Assembly: GCA_041288095.1 (NCBI GenBank) | Contig: JBGGMJ010000067.1 | Coordinates: forward strand, 1-43,480 | Length of the DNA: 43,480 nucleotides | Origin: Myxococcota bacterium | Lineage (GTDB): Bacteria; Myxococcota; XYA12-FULL-58-9; JALHOP01 | Direction: 5' to 3' | Part shown: positions 17,107 through 26,437 of the stretch, one piece after another | Layout of the letters: every line of letters begins with the position of its first letter | Numbering within the stretch: position 1 is the stretch's first letter | Translations under genes and position numbers: made by a program | The notes under the pieces: model-generated | The model's input: the letters and a program-made list of their open reading frames with translations, nothing else | Databases searched by the model: none | What the model was told of the DNA's origin: nothing

Positions 17107-20100
17107 GCGTTCAGCAAGCGCAGCCGCTCGACGCTGAAGTTGCCGCGTAGCCGTCGGGCCAGCGGCGAGGCGAGCAAGACCTCCACCATGTCGTCGGGCA
17201 AGTCGGCGGTGACCGATTGCAGGAGCTCCATGGCGCCCGTGAGCTGCGCCGCGCCGGCGTCGGTGCCACGCTCCAGGCGGCCGAGCTGCAGCCGAGCCTG
17301 GACCACCAAGAGACGGGCGCCCTGCTCCTGCGCCCGACGCAACGCCCTCTCGAGGCACTCGCGGGCACGAGGCTCGTCGCCATGGGCGCGCAGCACCGAC
17401 GCCCCGAGCAGATCCATGGGCGCCTCGAGAAAAGCGAGGGCACCGGTGCTGACGGCGTTGCGCAAGGCGGTGTACAGCCCCAGCGCGTCGCCGTGGCGGC
17501 CGAGGGACAGGGCGCACTGGCCGCACAGCAGCAGCAGCACCGCCTCGTCGGCCGGATCCTCGAGGGTCTTCAAAAGCGGACCGACCCCTTCGAGAAAAGC
17601 GGCGGAGGACTCGGTTGCGCCGAGGCGGGCGTCGAGGCCGGCCTTGACTCCGCCGGCGAGGGCGGTCAGCACCGCGTCCGTCTTGGCGACAGGCGAGCCG
17701 AGGACGTTCTCGAGCGCGCTCGAAGCGCCCGTGAGGTCGCCCATCCAAGCGAGCGCGAAGCCGAGCGACGCCAGCGCCACCATCGCCGCGCGCACGTCGC
17801 CGCTCGCTTCGGCGGTGTCGATGGCTAGTGAAAGCGACATCTGCGCCGCGCGGAAATCCCCCAGCATGGTGCGCACGAAACCGATGTCGGCGAGGCACGC
17901 CGATTCGTGGGCACGGGCGCGCAAGCTGCGCACGATCTCGAGGCTCGAAGTGTAACGCTCGATCGCGGCATCGAAGTGGCCCTGGCGCAGGCGCAAGTGG
18001 CCGAGCTCGCGCAGCACGCCGGCTTCGCGGAGACGATCACCGCTCGAGCGGACGCCCTTCAGGCCCGCGAACAAGGCACGGCGCGCCGCGTTCATGCGGC
18101 CGGCGCGGGCGAATCCGCGCGCGAGCACGGCGCTCGCCTTGGCCACCGCCGACGGATCGCCGATGGCGCGAGCGAGCTGCAACGCACGCTTGGCGTGACG
18201 CACCGAGCTCGCGAGCTGGCCCATCCGACGGGACAGGCGCGCCTGCTCGAGCATCACCTCGACCGAAAGCGTGAGCGCCTCGTGCACCGCGGCGGTCGGC
18301 GCTTGAACGGCATCGGCGAGGTTCAAGCTCTTGTCGAGAATGGCCTGCGCCCGCGCCAGACGCTCGCCGGCGACGACGTGCTCGCCGGCCGAGATCGCCA
18401 CGGCGGCCTGGATGCGCAGGGCCGCGGCGGTGAACATCGGTGTGTCGTCATCCACCAGGCTCAGGGCGAGGGCCGCGTGGCGCGCGGCTTCCACGGTCTC
18501 CCCGGAGGCCAGGAGCGCCTGTGCCAAGCCCAAGCTCGCCTCGATGGAGGTGACGATGTCGCGGCCGCGCGTCTCGATCAGCGCGGCGCGGTACCAGGTC
18601 ATGGCGCGCTGGATGTCGCCCGTCCGCGTGAGCGATCGTCCGATACGCGCGGCGATGGTAGCCCCGCGCGGGTCACGCGCTCCTTCGAGTCGTTGGTAGG
18701 CATGGTTGTAGTAGTCGACGGCCCGCTTATCCGAGAAGACACGGGCAGCGCGGTCCCCGGCCTCGATGGCGATGGTGATGGCCTTGGCATTGTCGCTGCC
18801 GCGCAAGAGGTGCTCGATGAGCTCCGGCGTCGGCTCGCCGGCGGAGCCACCGAGCATGGCGGCGGCGCGGTCGTGCAGGCGTTGCAAGAGGTCGGCCGGC
18901 GCGACGTCATAGAGCATGTCGCGCAGGAACCGCCGCGAGAAGATGTAGGTCGGGCTCTGCGTGGCATGCGCGGCCGCGAGGAACCCCTGGTGCGACAGCT
19001 CGGCGAGCGCCTTCTGCGCCTCCCCGACGTCATCGCCGGTGAGCGCGGCGACGGCTCCGGCGTTGATGCGCTCCCCCAGCACCGCGGCGGCGGAGGCGAC
19101 CCGGGCGAGTGGCTCCCGCAGCGCCTCGGCGCGTGGACGCCAGGTAGAGCGCGCATCCGGTCGTCCGCGATAGCGACCGCCGGTGAACATCATCTTGCCG
19201 TGACGACGCGTCAAGAGACCGTCCATGAAGAAGCCCGCCAGCGTCCGCTCGATCAGCGTCGGCTCGCCACGGCCGTCGGCGAGCAGGCGCAGCAACGCCG
19301 GCTGCGGCAAGCGCAAACCCTGGACCCGGTGCGCCACCAACGAAGCCACGGACTCCTCGTCGAGGCGTTCGAGGCGCATCACGGTCGCTTCATCGCCGAG
19401 CGGCGATACGGCATCCTCGGAAGCGCAGACGATGAAGAGCGAGGTGCCGACCCGGTCGCGCGCCATCGCCTCGACGACCTGCAGCGCGATTGGCTCCGCG
19501 CGCTGAATGTCGTCCATGAGCAGCGCCGTCGGCTCGTCGGCGAAGGCGTCGACCAGGAGAGTCGAGAGCCGTGCCACGAACATCGAAGGGTCGCGGTTCG
19601 CGAGGCTGGTCAAGGCATCGCGGCCGCGCGTCCAATCGGACGTCACCTCGGCGACGACGTCGGGCCGCAGCGCGTGAGCCGCGCGCAAGATGCGGTCGAG
19701 CGGCGCATCGGGTGCCCGTGAGGTGCGAAAGTGCGCGACACGGAACCCTTCCGCGCAGAGCGACGCGCCGAGCTCGCGCAGCAAGGGTGTCTTGCCGGCG
19801 CCTTCGCGACCGAGGAGAGCCACGGCATGCGGCGTCCGCTTGCGCTTCACTTCGCGCGCCAGAGCCACGAGGCGGCCGAGCTCGCGTGGTCGGTGCGAGA
19901 CGGCGCCGCCGCGCAACATGCGCTCGATCGTCGTTTGCTCGTCACGCGGCGTGAGCCCCAACCCCTCGCAGCGCGCCAGAGCGGAAGCAGCCTCGAAGGC
20001 GCTGTTGTAGCGTCGCGCTGGGTCCGGCTGCATGAGGCACATGACGAAGTCGGCGAAGTCGCGCGGCACCAACGGGTTCACTTGCATCGGCGACACCGGC

Positions 20101-20738
20101 AGCGCCACGTGCCGGCGGGCGACCCGAGCGAGGTCGTCGTGCGTCGCGTCGGGCACGAGCGCTTCGTACAGCATGACGCCGAGGCCGTAGAGATCGGCGC
20201 GGCCGTCGACGATATCTCCACGCGCCACCTCCGGAGCCATGTACGGCAAGGTGCCGCCGGTGATGCCGGCGGTCGCTCCACGCGTGGCGAGGCCGAAATC
20301 GATGAGGCGCGCCACGCCCGCCTGCCCTTCACCCGCCACGAGCACGTTGCGTGGCTTCAAGTCGCGATGGACTATGCCGCGCAAATGCAGGGTCGCGAGC
20401 GCCTCGAGCACCTGCATGGCGACGATGGCGATGACCTCGGGCTGCTGGCGCCGAGCGAAGATCTCGAAGTCGACGCCGTCGACCAGCTCGAGCGTATAAT
20501 AAGGTAAGCCGACGCTGCTGACGCCGAAGTCGTAGGCGCGGGCGACGTGCGGATGCCGCACTTCGGTGAGCAGGCGGTACTCGGCCTCGAGCGCCCGGCG
20601 CGCGTTCTTGGAGTCGGCGATCTTGAGCGCCCGACGCACGTCATGGAGCGCGTCCCACACGTCGAGGACCCGGGACTTGCTGCCCCGGCCCAGCTCGCGC
20701 TGGATCCAGAAACGCGACTCGACGCCGAGCTCAGACAT
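17103..20738 (-). CDS. Ser/Thr protein kinase fused to a STAND/AAA_16-type NTPase and TPR-like (MalT-type) repeats
   Basis: Kinase motifs GRGSKS, RALK, HRDLKPRN, DFG, GTLPYMAPE, DLYGLG. Walker A GREGAGKT, Walker B LLMDDIQRAE. Ala-rich TPR helices at the C-terminus. Start placed at MSELG to avoid overlapping ileS. Confidence 0.88.
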   Translation of the reverse strand: MSELGVESRFWIQRELGRGSKSRVLDVWDALHDVRRALKIADSKNARRALEAEYRLLTEVRHPHVARAYDFGVSSVGLPYYTLELVDGVDFEIFARRQQPEVIAIVAMQVLEALATLHLRGIVHRDLKPRNVLVAGEGQAGVARLIDFGLATRGATAGITGGTLPYMAPEVARGDIVDGRADLYGLGVMLYEALVPDATHDDLARVARRHVALPVSPMQVNPLVPRDFADFVMCLMQPDPARRYNSAFEAASALARCEGLGLTPRDEQTTIERMLRGGAVSHRPRELGRLVALAREVKRKRTPHAVALLGREGAGKTPLLRELGASLCAEGFRVAHFRTSRAPDAPLDRILRAAHALRPDVVAEVTSDWTRGRDALTSLANRDPSMFVARLSTLLVDAFADEPTALLMDDIQRAEPIALQVVEAMARDRVGTSLFIVCASEDAVSPLGDEATVMRLERLDEESVASLVAHRVQGLRLPQPALLRLLADGRGEPTLIERTLAGFFMDGLLTRRHGKMMFTGGRYRGRPDARSTWRPRAEALREPLARVASAAAVLGERINAGAVAALTGDDVGEAQKALAELSHQGFLAAAHATQSPTYIFSRRFLRDMLYDVAPADLLQRLHDRAAAMLGGSAGEPTPELIEHLLRGSDNAKAITIAIEAGDRAARVFSDKRAVDYYNHAYQRLEGARDPRGATIAARIGRSLTRTGDIQRAMTWYRAALIETRGRDIVTSIEASLGLAQALLASGETVEAARHAALALSLVDDDTPMFTAAALRIQAAVAISAGEHVVAGERLARAQAILDKSLNLADAVQAPTAAVHEALTLSVEVMLEQARLSRRMGQLASSVRHAKRALQLARAIGDPSAVAKASAVLARGFARAGRMNAARRALFAGLKGVRSSGDRLREAGVLRELGHLRLRQGHFDAAIERYTSSLEIVRSLRARAHESACLADIGFVRTMLGDFRAAQMSLSLAIDTAEASGDVRAAMVALASLGFALAWMGDLTGASSALENVLGSPVAKTDAVLTALAGGVKAGLDARLGATESSAAFLEGVGPLLKTLEDPADEAVLLLLCGQCALSLGRHGDALGLYTALRNAVSTGALAFLEAPMDLLGASVLRAHGDEPRARECLERALRRAQEQGARLLVVQARLQLGRLERGTDAGAAQLTGAMELLQSVTADLPDDMVEVLLASPLARRLRGNFSVERLRLLNA

Positions 20739-20842
20739 GGGAGGGACGCATTGGGTAACACGTGGCCGGAAAAACGCCACGGGTATCGGTGACCACGCCA
20801 TCGTTGACCTCACGTGGCGCAAGTGCGCATAGGGACGGCCGT

Positions 20843-23662
20843 ATGTCGGACGCACAGTCGACCAAGTCGGATCCGTACCGCGCTACCCTGAACCTGCCGA
20901 CCACGACGTTCGCGATGAAGGCGAACCTCGCGACCAAAGAGCCGCAAATTCAGGGCCGTTGGCAGCAGCTTGGCCTGTACGAGACCTTGGTGCAGCGCGA
21001 AAGCCCGCGCGGCCCGTTCGTCTTCCACGACGGACCCCCGTACGCCAATGGCCCCATCCACATCGGCCACCTGCTCAACAAGATCTTGAAGGACATCGTC
21101 GTGCGCAGCCGCGTCATGCGCGGCCACTGCGTCGACTACGTGCCGGGGTGGGATTGCCACGGCCTTCCCATCGAGCACAAAGTCTTGAAGGAGCTGGGCG
21201 CCGAGGCCAAGAACCTCTCGACCATCGAGGTCCGCAAGCGCTGCCAAGAGTACGCGGCGAGCTACGTTCAGACCCAAGGCCAGCAGATGCAGCGCTTGGG
21301 AACGCTCGCGAACTACGCCCACCCTTACCTCACCATGGCGCCGGCCTACGAAGCCGGCGTCCTCGAGGTGTTCTCGACCCTCATCGAGCGCGGGCTCGTC
21401 TACCGAGATCTCAAGCCGGTCCACTGGTCGATTGCGAACCGCACCGCTTTAGCGGACGCTGAGCTCGAGTACATGGATCGCAAGGATCCGAGCATCTACG
21501 TCCTCCTGCACGCGAGCTTGCCGAAACACGGCGCCGTGGAGCTCATGATCTGGACGACGACGCCGTGGACGCTGCCCGCGAACCTCGCGGTCGCGGTGCA
21601 TCCTCGGGGCAAATACGGCGTCTACGACGTCGAGCTCGACGGCAAGCGACGCAAGATCGTGGTTGTGGAAGAGCTGGCCGAGAAAGTCTTCGCTCTGCGC
21701 TCGGTGGCGCACGACAAGCTCGAGACTCTCACCGGCGAGCAGCTGGTCGGCACCGAATACCAGCACCCGTTCGTCGAGCGGCGCGGCAAAGTGCTGCCCG
21801 CCGACTACGTCACGTTCGAAGACGGCACCGGGCTCGTCCACACCGCGCCGGGCCATGGTGTCGAGGATTACCAGACGGGCCTAAAGAACGGGCTCGACAT
21901 TTATTGTCCAGTCGGTCCCGATGGGAAGTACGACGCCACGGTCCCCGAATGGCTGCGTGGCGTCGACATCTGGAAGGCGAATCCGCAAATCGTCGAGCGC
22001 CTGAAAGGCTCGGGACACCTCTTCCACCACCTCGAGTTCACGCACAGCTACCCGCACGATTGGCGGAGCAAGACACCGGTGATCTTCCGGGCGACCGAGC
22101 AGTGGTTCATCGGCGTCGACAAGCCGTTCGATGCCGACGGCAAGAGCGCATCACTGCGCGAGCGCGCCATCACCGCCACCGAGAACACCATCCAGTTCGT
22201 TCCCGACTGGGGCAAGAACCGCCTGCGCGGCATGCTCGAGGCGAGACCCGACTGGTGCATCAGCCGCCAGCGGGCCTGGGGCCTGCCGATCCCGGCGTTC
22301 ATGACAGAAGACGGCAGGGTGCTGCTCACGCCGGCCACGGTTCGCACCGTCGCCGCCAAGATCCGCGAAAACGGATCCGACGCGTGGTTCTCACGGTCGG
22401 CGGAGGAGCTCCTCGCCGGCTACGACGCCAAGAACGACCCGCACGCGCCTGACTGGATGAAGAGCAACCCGCCGGCCTTGGCGAAGGGCAACGACATCTT
22501 CGATGTCTGGTTCGAGTCCGGCTCGTCTTGGAACGCCGTGCTGCGGCAGCGTCAAATCGGTTACCCAGCGCAGCTCTATCTCGAGGGCTCCGACCAGCAC
22601 CGCGGTTGGTTCCAGACCTCGCTGCTCCCGGCGCTCGGCGCGACCGGCCGCCCGCCCTTCCAAACCCTGCTCACGCACGGCTTCATGGTCGACGGCTCCG
22701 GTCACAAGATGAGCAAGTCGGCTGGTAACGCCCTCGAGGTCGACAAGCTACTTGCGCAGTTCGGCGCCGATATCTGCCGCTGGTGGGTCTCGAGCCTGAA
22801 CTACGCGCACGACATCAAGGTCGACCTCGAGTACTTCAAGACGGCGAGCGAGGAGTACCGCAAGGTGCGCAACACCCTGCGCTTCCTGCTCGCGAACCTC
22901 GACGGCTTCGATCCCGCGCAACGCCTGCCGGTCGCCGACGCCGACAAGCACGGCATCGACGCGTGGGCCATGCAGGAGCTCGACGCGCTCATCACCGCGG
23001 TTCAGGACGGCTACGACACCTACCAGTTCAAGAAGGTGCGGGAGTGCGTCTTCAACTTCTGCAACGACACGCTGTCCGCGGTCTACCTGGCCGCTATCAA
23101 GGACCGTCTCTACTGCGAAGCCAAGGACTCCCCGAAGCGCCGCCGCACGCAGACCGTGATCTACGACATCGTCGACGCGCTGGTGCGAATCTTGGCGCCG
23201 ATCCTCGTGCACACCGCCGATGAGGCGTATCTCGAGCTCATCCGCATGCCGACCGAGCATGCCACCGCCTGTGTCCACACCTTGGTGCTCCCGGAGCCGC
23301 TGGGCGGTCAGCGCAACCCCGCGTGGGACGAGGTCATGGCGCTGCGCCACCGCGCCCTGAAAGCGCTCGAGGACGCCAAAGCGGGCACCGGCATCGCCAA
23401 CCCTTTGGACGCCGGAATCTCCGTGAAGCTGTCCACCAAAGCACACGGTGTGCTCGCGGCCTACGGCGGCGACCTCGCCGATCTCTGCGGCGTCAGCCGC
23501 TTCACCCTCCTGGCCCACGACGGCGACGAGGTCATCGCCATCGAGGATCTGCGCAACGAGCCACGCTGCCAGCGCTCGTGGAAGCGCGACGGCACCGTGA
23601 AGCAGCGCTCGGACGGCGGTTTGTTGTCGCAGCGCGACGCGGAAGTCCTGGGCCTGCAATGA
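20843..23662 (+). CDS. ileS: isoleucine--tRNA ligase (type 1 architecture)
   Basis: YRATLNLPTTTFAMKANL, HDGPPYANGPIHIGH, PGWDCHGLPIE, IWTTTPWTLPAN, GTGLVHTAPGHG, DWCISRQRAWG, YLEGSDQHRGWF, KMSKS. Confidence 0.97.
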   Translation: MSDAQSTKSDPYRATLNLPTTTFAMKANLATKEPQIQGRWQQLGLYETLVQRESPRGPFVFHDGPPYANGPIHIGHLLNKILKDIVVRSRVMRGHCVDYVPGWDCHGLPIEHKVLKELGAEAKNLSTIEVRKRCQEYAASYVQTQGQQMQRLGTLANYAHPYLTMAPAYEAGVLEVFSTLIERGLVYRDLKPVHWSIANRTALADAELEYMDRKDPSIYVLLHASLPKHGAVELMIWTTTPWTLPANLAVAVHPRGKYGVYDVELDGKRRKIVVVEELAEKVFALRSVAHDKLETLTGEQLVGTEYQHPFVERRGKVLPADYVTFEDGTGLVHTAPGHGVEDYQTGLKNGLDIYCPVGPDGKYDATVPEWLRGVDIWKANPQIVERLKGSGHLFHHLEFTHSYPHDWRSKTPVIFRATEQWFIGVDKPFDADGKSASLRERAITATENTIQFVPDWGKNRLRGMLEARPDWCISRQRAWGLPIPAFMTEDGRVLLTPATVRTVAAKIRENGSDAWFSRSAEELLAGYDAKNDPHAPDWMKSNPPALAKGNDIFDVWFESGSSWNAVLRQRQIGYPAQLYLEGSDQHRGWFQTSLLPALGATGRPPFQTLLTHGFMVDGSGHKMSKSAGNALEVDKLLAQFGADICRWWVSSLNYAHDIKVDLEYFKTASEEYRKVRNTLRFLLANLDGFDPAQRLPVADADKHGIDAWAMQELDALITAVQDGYDTYQFKKVRECVFNFCNDTLSAVYLAAIKDRLYCEAKDSPKRRRTQTVIYDIVDALVRILAPILVHTADEAYLELIRMPTEHATACVHTLVLPEPLGGQRNPAWDEVMALRHRALKALEDAKAGTGIANPLDAGISVKLSTKAHGVLAAYGGDLADLCGVSRFTLLAHDGDEVIAIEDLRNEPRCQRSWKRDGTVKQRSDGGLLSQRDAEVLGLQ

Positions 23663-24894
23663 AGCGTCTCGCCTTGCTCGCCGTCCTGTCGGCGGCTTGC
23701 GCCGAGAAGCCCAAGCCCATCGAGCAGCCCGTCGCCGACCCGACGCCGCAGCCGGTCACCGCCCCGCCGTTCAAGGTGGGTAAGAAGAGTCTTCTCTTCG
23801 CGCAGGCGCAGTTCGAGTGGGTCGAGGAAAACGGCGAACGCCGCGCCAAGCCGGGCCCCGCGAAGCTCGTGGTGCTGACGCGTGCCGACGGCGGCTTCAA
23901 GAAGCGCGTCATCGAAGACCCTGAGAGCCGCGTCTTCCACAAGGCGGCGTGTGTCGAAGGCGGCGTGCTCACCATCGGTGCCACGCAAGCGAAGCTCAAG
24001 CTATGGGCACCCGATTTCGCGACTAGTCAGACCCTCTGGACCGTGAGCTTCGGTGGCAAGTGGGACCGGCTGCGCGACTTCGAGTTCGTCGATGCCGACA
24101 ACCTCGCCATCGCCACCCACGATCAAGGCGTGGTCGCTCTGCTAACGCGGACGAAAGAAGGCTGGGTCGCCAAGGAGCTGTCGCGCAAGGCCGACACCTT
24201 CGTGCACGAAATCGAGGTCGGAGACGTCGACCGCGACGGCAAGACCGAGATCTACGCCACGCCCTCCGACCCGAACAAGGTCAAGACCTCGCAGGGCGGC
24301 AGCATCGTCACCTTCACGCCGCCCGACTGGACGATGAGCCAGGTGGCCGCCTTCCAGGGCAGCCACGCCAAGGAGATCCTCGTCGCCGACCTCGACAGCG
24401 AAGCACCCGGGGTCGAGCTTTACGCCGCTGTCGAAGCCGAGCTGGCGGCGACTCCCGGCACCGGCCCTTCGCAACCAGTCGAGATCCGCCAGTACGTGAA
24501 GGGTGCCGCGGGCCGCTGGATCATGAAGCCAATCGCCAAGCTCGAGCGCGCCATTCAGGCGCGGGTGCTGCTCGCCGCCGATCTGATGCGTCACGGCCAC
24601 CCGGATCTGGTGGTCACCACCATGAAGGACGGCATCTGGCGACTCACCCCAACGCCGGGTGGAGCGGCCTGGAACGCGTCGCAGATCGACGCGGAGTCGA
24701 CCGGCTTCGAGCATGCCGCCCAGGCCTACGACACCGACAGTGACGGCCTCGCCGAGCTGTACGTCGCAGCGGACGACCAAGACGAGATCCGCGGTTATGT
24801 GTGGAACGGCGAGACGTTACAGCGCACGACCATCGCGACGCTCGAGAAGAGCGACATCACCTGGTCGATCATCGGCTGCGGTCGCGAGTACTGA
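23659..24894 (+). CDS. FG-GAP/VCBS-repeat beta-propeller lipoprotein
   Basis: Signal MKRLALLAVLSAAC (lipobox). Repeats VGDVDRDGKTEIY, VADLDSEAPGVELY, AADLMRHGHPDLVV, YDTDSDGLAELYV. ATGA overlap with the ileS stop. Confidence 0.8.
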   Translation: MKRLALLAVLSAACAEKPKPIEQPVADPTPQPVTAPPFKVGKKSLLFAQAQFEWVEENGERRAKPGPAKLVVLTRADGGFKKRVIEDPESRVFHKAACVEGGVLTIGATQAKLKLWAPDFATSQTLWTVSFGGKWDRLRDFEFVDADNLAIATHDQGVVALLTRTKEGWVAKELSRKADTFVHEIEVGDVDRDGKTEIYATPSDPNKVKTSQGGSIVTFTPPDWTMSQVAAFQGSHAKEILVADLDSEAPGVELYAAVEAELAATPGTGPSQPVEIRQYVKGAAGRWIMKPIAKLERAIQARVLLAADLMRHGHPDLVVTTMKDGIWRLTPTPGGAAWNASQIDAESTGFEHAAQAYDTDSDGLAELYVAADDQDEIRGYVWNGETLQRTTIATLEKSDITWSIIGCGREY

Positions 24895-25010
24895 CTGGCA
24901 CAGTCCTTTGACGAAACGCGTCAGGCGGCCTTGCGATAAGGCCCGGTAGCAGTACTCCGCAGTTTCTTCGTCTCAACCACCATACAATTTCATCCCAGTA
25001 GGTTTTCGTC

Positions 25011-25424
25011 ATGGAAATCCAGAGCCGTAGTGTCTCCACCAAGCCCCGTCCGGTCATCGCCGCGCCCATCCTCGTGGCTTTCCTCGAATGCAAAAAGGCC
25101 GGCCTCTTCGACGCCCAGGCTTCGGTCAACGGCGTCACCTTCCTCGGGGCGTCGACCAGCGCTTTGAACGGCATCGGCGCCGGCGGCGCGGCCGTGCTCG
25201 CGGCCCGTAACATCCGGAGCATCCGCGATCTCGTCGAGCTCCAGGACGAGCTGCTCGTCGGCATCGAGCCGCGAGTGGCCAAGATCGCCTACGCCGCGAA
25301 GCTCAAGATCACCGCTGCCCTCGAGAAGAACGGTATCGCCATCGAGCGCCGTTTCGAAGGCGTGCCCTCGACCACGCTGGCTTTCGCGATCGATCCGGTC
25401 ACCGGCATCAGCTACAGCACCTAA
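25011..25424 (+). CDS. hypothetical protein with RNA polymerase alpha-CTD/HhH-like segment
   Basis: VLAARNIRSIRDLVELQDELLVGIEP...KITAALEKNGI resembles the alpha-CTD pattern CLKxxNIxxIGDLVQxTExELLK...EIxxxLxxxGL. Confidence 0.5.
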   Translation: MEIQSRSVSTKPRPVIAAPILVAFLECKKAGLFDAQASVNGVTFLGASTSALNGIGAGGAAVLAARNIRSIRDLVELQDELLVGIEPRVAKIAYAAKLKITAALEKNGIAIERRFEGVPSTTLAFAIDPVTGISYST

Positions 25425-25429
25425 AAGCA

Positions 25430-26410
25430 GTGCGTTCCGGCGCCACCAAGAAGCAGCGCCGGAACGTGGCGATCATCGCCGCGCCGGGAGCCCCGCACGC
25501 CACCGCCATGGCGGACGCGTTGCGGGCTCTGGGCTGCACGCCGTTCATCTGGAACGTCGGGCACTCGCACGAGGTCGCCCCGCTGACCATCGGCTCCGAT
25601 GCGCCCGAGCCGGCGTTCGACGTTGCCTATGTCGACCTATTACCCCTCGCCGCGCCGCGCGCCTTTCGCGCCGAAGGCGCCTACTTCCTCTACGACGACT
25701 GGCAACGCGACTGGCAGGAAGCACGGGCGCGCCGCGCGGTCCTCGAGGCGACCTTCGCCGATCTCGAGCGTCGGGGCGTGACTCTGGTGAGCTCGCCGCT
25801 GTCCGCCACCGCGTACAACAAGCCGGCGCAGCTCGCCTGTCTCTCGCGCGCTGGGTTTTCGGTACCGCCCTTCGTCATCACCAACGACGCGAAGGTCGCG
25901 CGCGCCTTCCTCGGCGAGCACGACGATGCGGTGATGAAGCCGGCCATGGGCGGCGGCCATTGCCTGCCGGTGAACGCCGAGCAAGTGGATGACCTGCCGT
26001 TGCGGCGCGCGCCCATGATCTTCCAGAAGCGCGTGCGCGGCGACGACATCCGCGTCACGACGGTGCGCGGCGAGATGCTCTCCGCGGTACGCGTCGTCAA
26101 CGACGACGCCGACCCTTCCGTCGTGGATTTTCGTGCCCAACGTGCCTACCACCAGGGGACCACGCGGTATCAACCCGTGAAGGTCGACGCCAAGCTCACC
26201 CGCCTCTGCACGCGCATCCTCGAAAACTGCGGCATGCACTTCGGCGGCATCGACTTCAAACGCGATGCCAAGGGGAAGCTCCATTTGCTCGAGTGCAACG
26301 TTCAGCCCGGCTGGCTCGCCATCGAGGCAGCGACGGGCGCGCCGGTCTGCGAGGGGCTTGCCCGCTATCTTCTGGCGCTGCGGGCAACGTCTGGCCGCCG
26401 CCGCCGATAA
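25430..26410 (+). CDS. RimK/graspetide-synthetase-like ATP-grasp ligase
   Basis: AYNKPAQL, VPPFVITND, VMKPAMGG, PMIFQKRV, DIRVTTV, VDFR, FGGIDF, LLECNVQPGW. Confidence 0.85.
   Translation: MRSGATKKQRRNVAIIAAPGAPHATAMADALRALGCTPFIWNVGHSHEVAPLTIGSDAPEPAFDVAYVDLLPLAAPRAFRAEGAYFLYDDWQRDWQEARARRAVLEATFADLERRGVTLVSSPLSATAYNKPAQLACLSRAGFSVPPFVITNDAKVARAFLGEHDDAVMKPAMGGGHCLPVNAEQVDDLPLRRAPMIFQKRVRGDDIRVTTVRGEMLSAVRVVNDDADPSVVDFRAQRAYHQGTTRYQPVKVDAKLTRLCTRILENCGMHFGGIDFKRDAKGKLHLLECNVQPGWLAIEAATGAPVCEGLARYLLALRATSGRRRR
26384..26410 (+). promoter_or_regulatory. sigma28/FliA-like promoter GCAA-N15-GCCGATAA
   Basis: Consensus -10 GCCGATAA with GCAAC at FliA spacing. Overlaps the ATP-grasp stop and ends 27 nt before ATG 26438. 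Confidence 0.5.
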
Positions 26411-26437
26411 TCAGCGAGACCGATAAGGGGTGCGTGT

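Noticed and set aside
20739-20842. T-box or other leader riboswitch upstream of ileS
   Set aside because: Only about 100 nt shared with the divergent kinase gene; no T-box sequence or terminator is visible.
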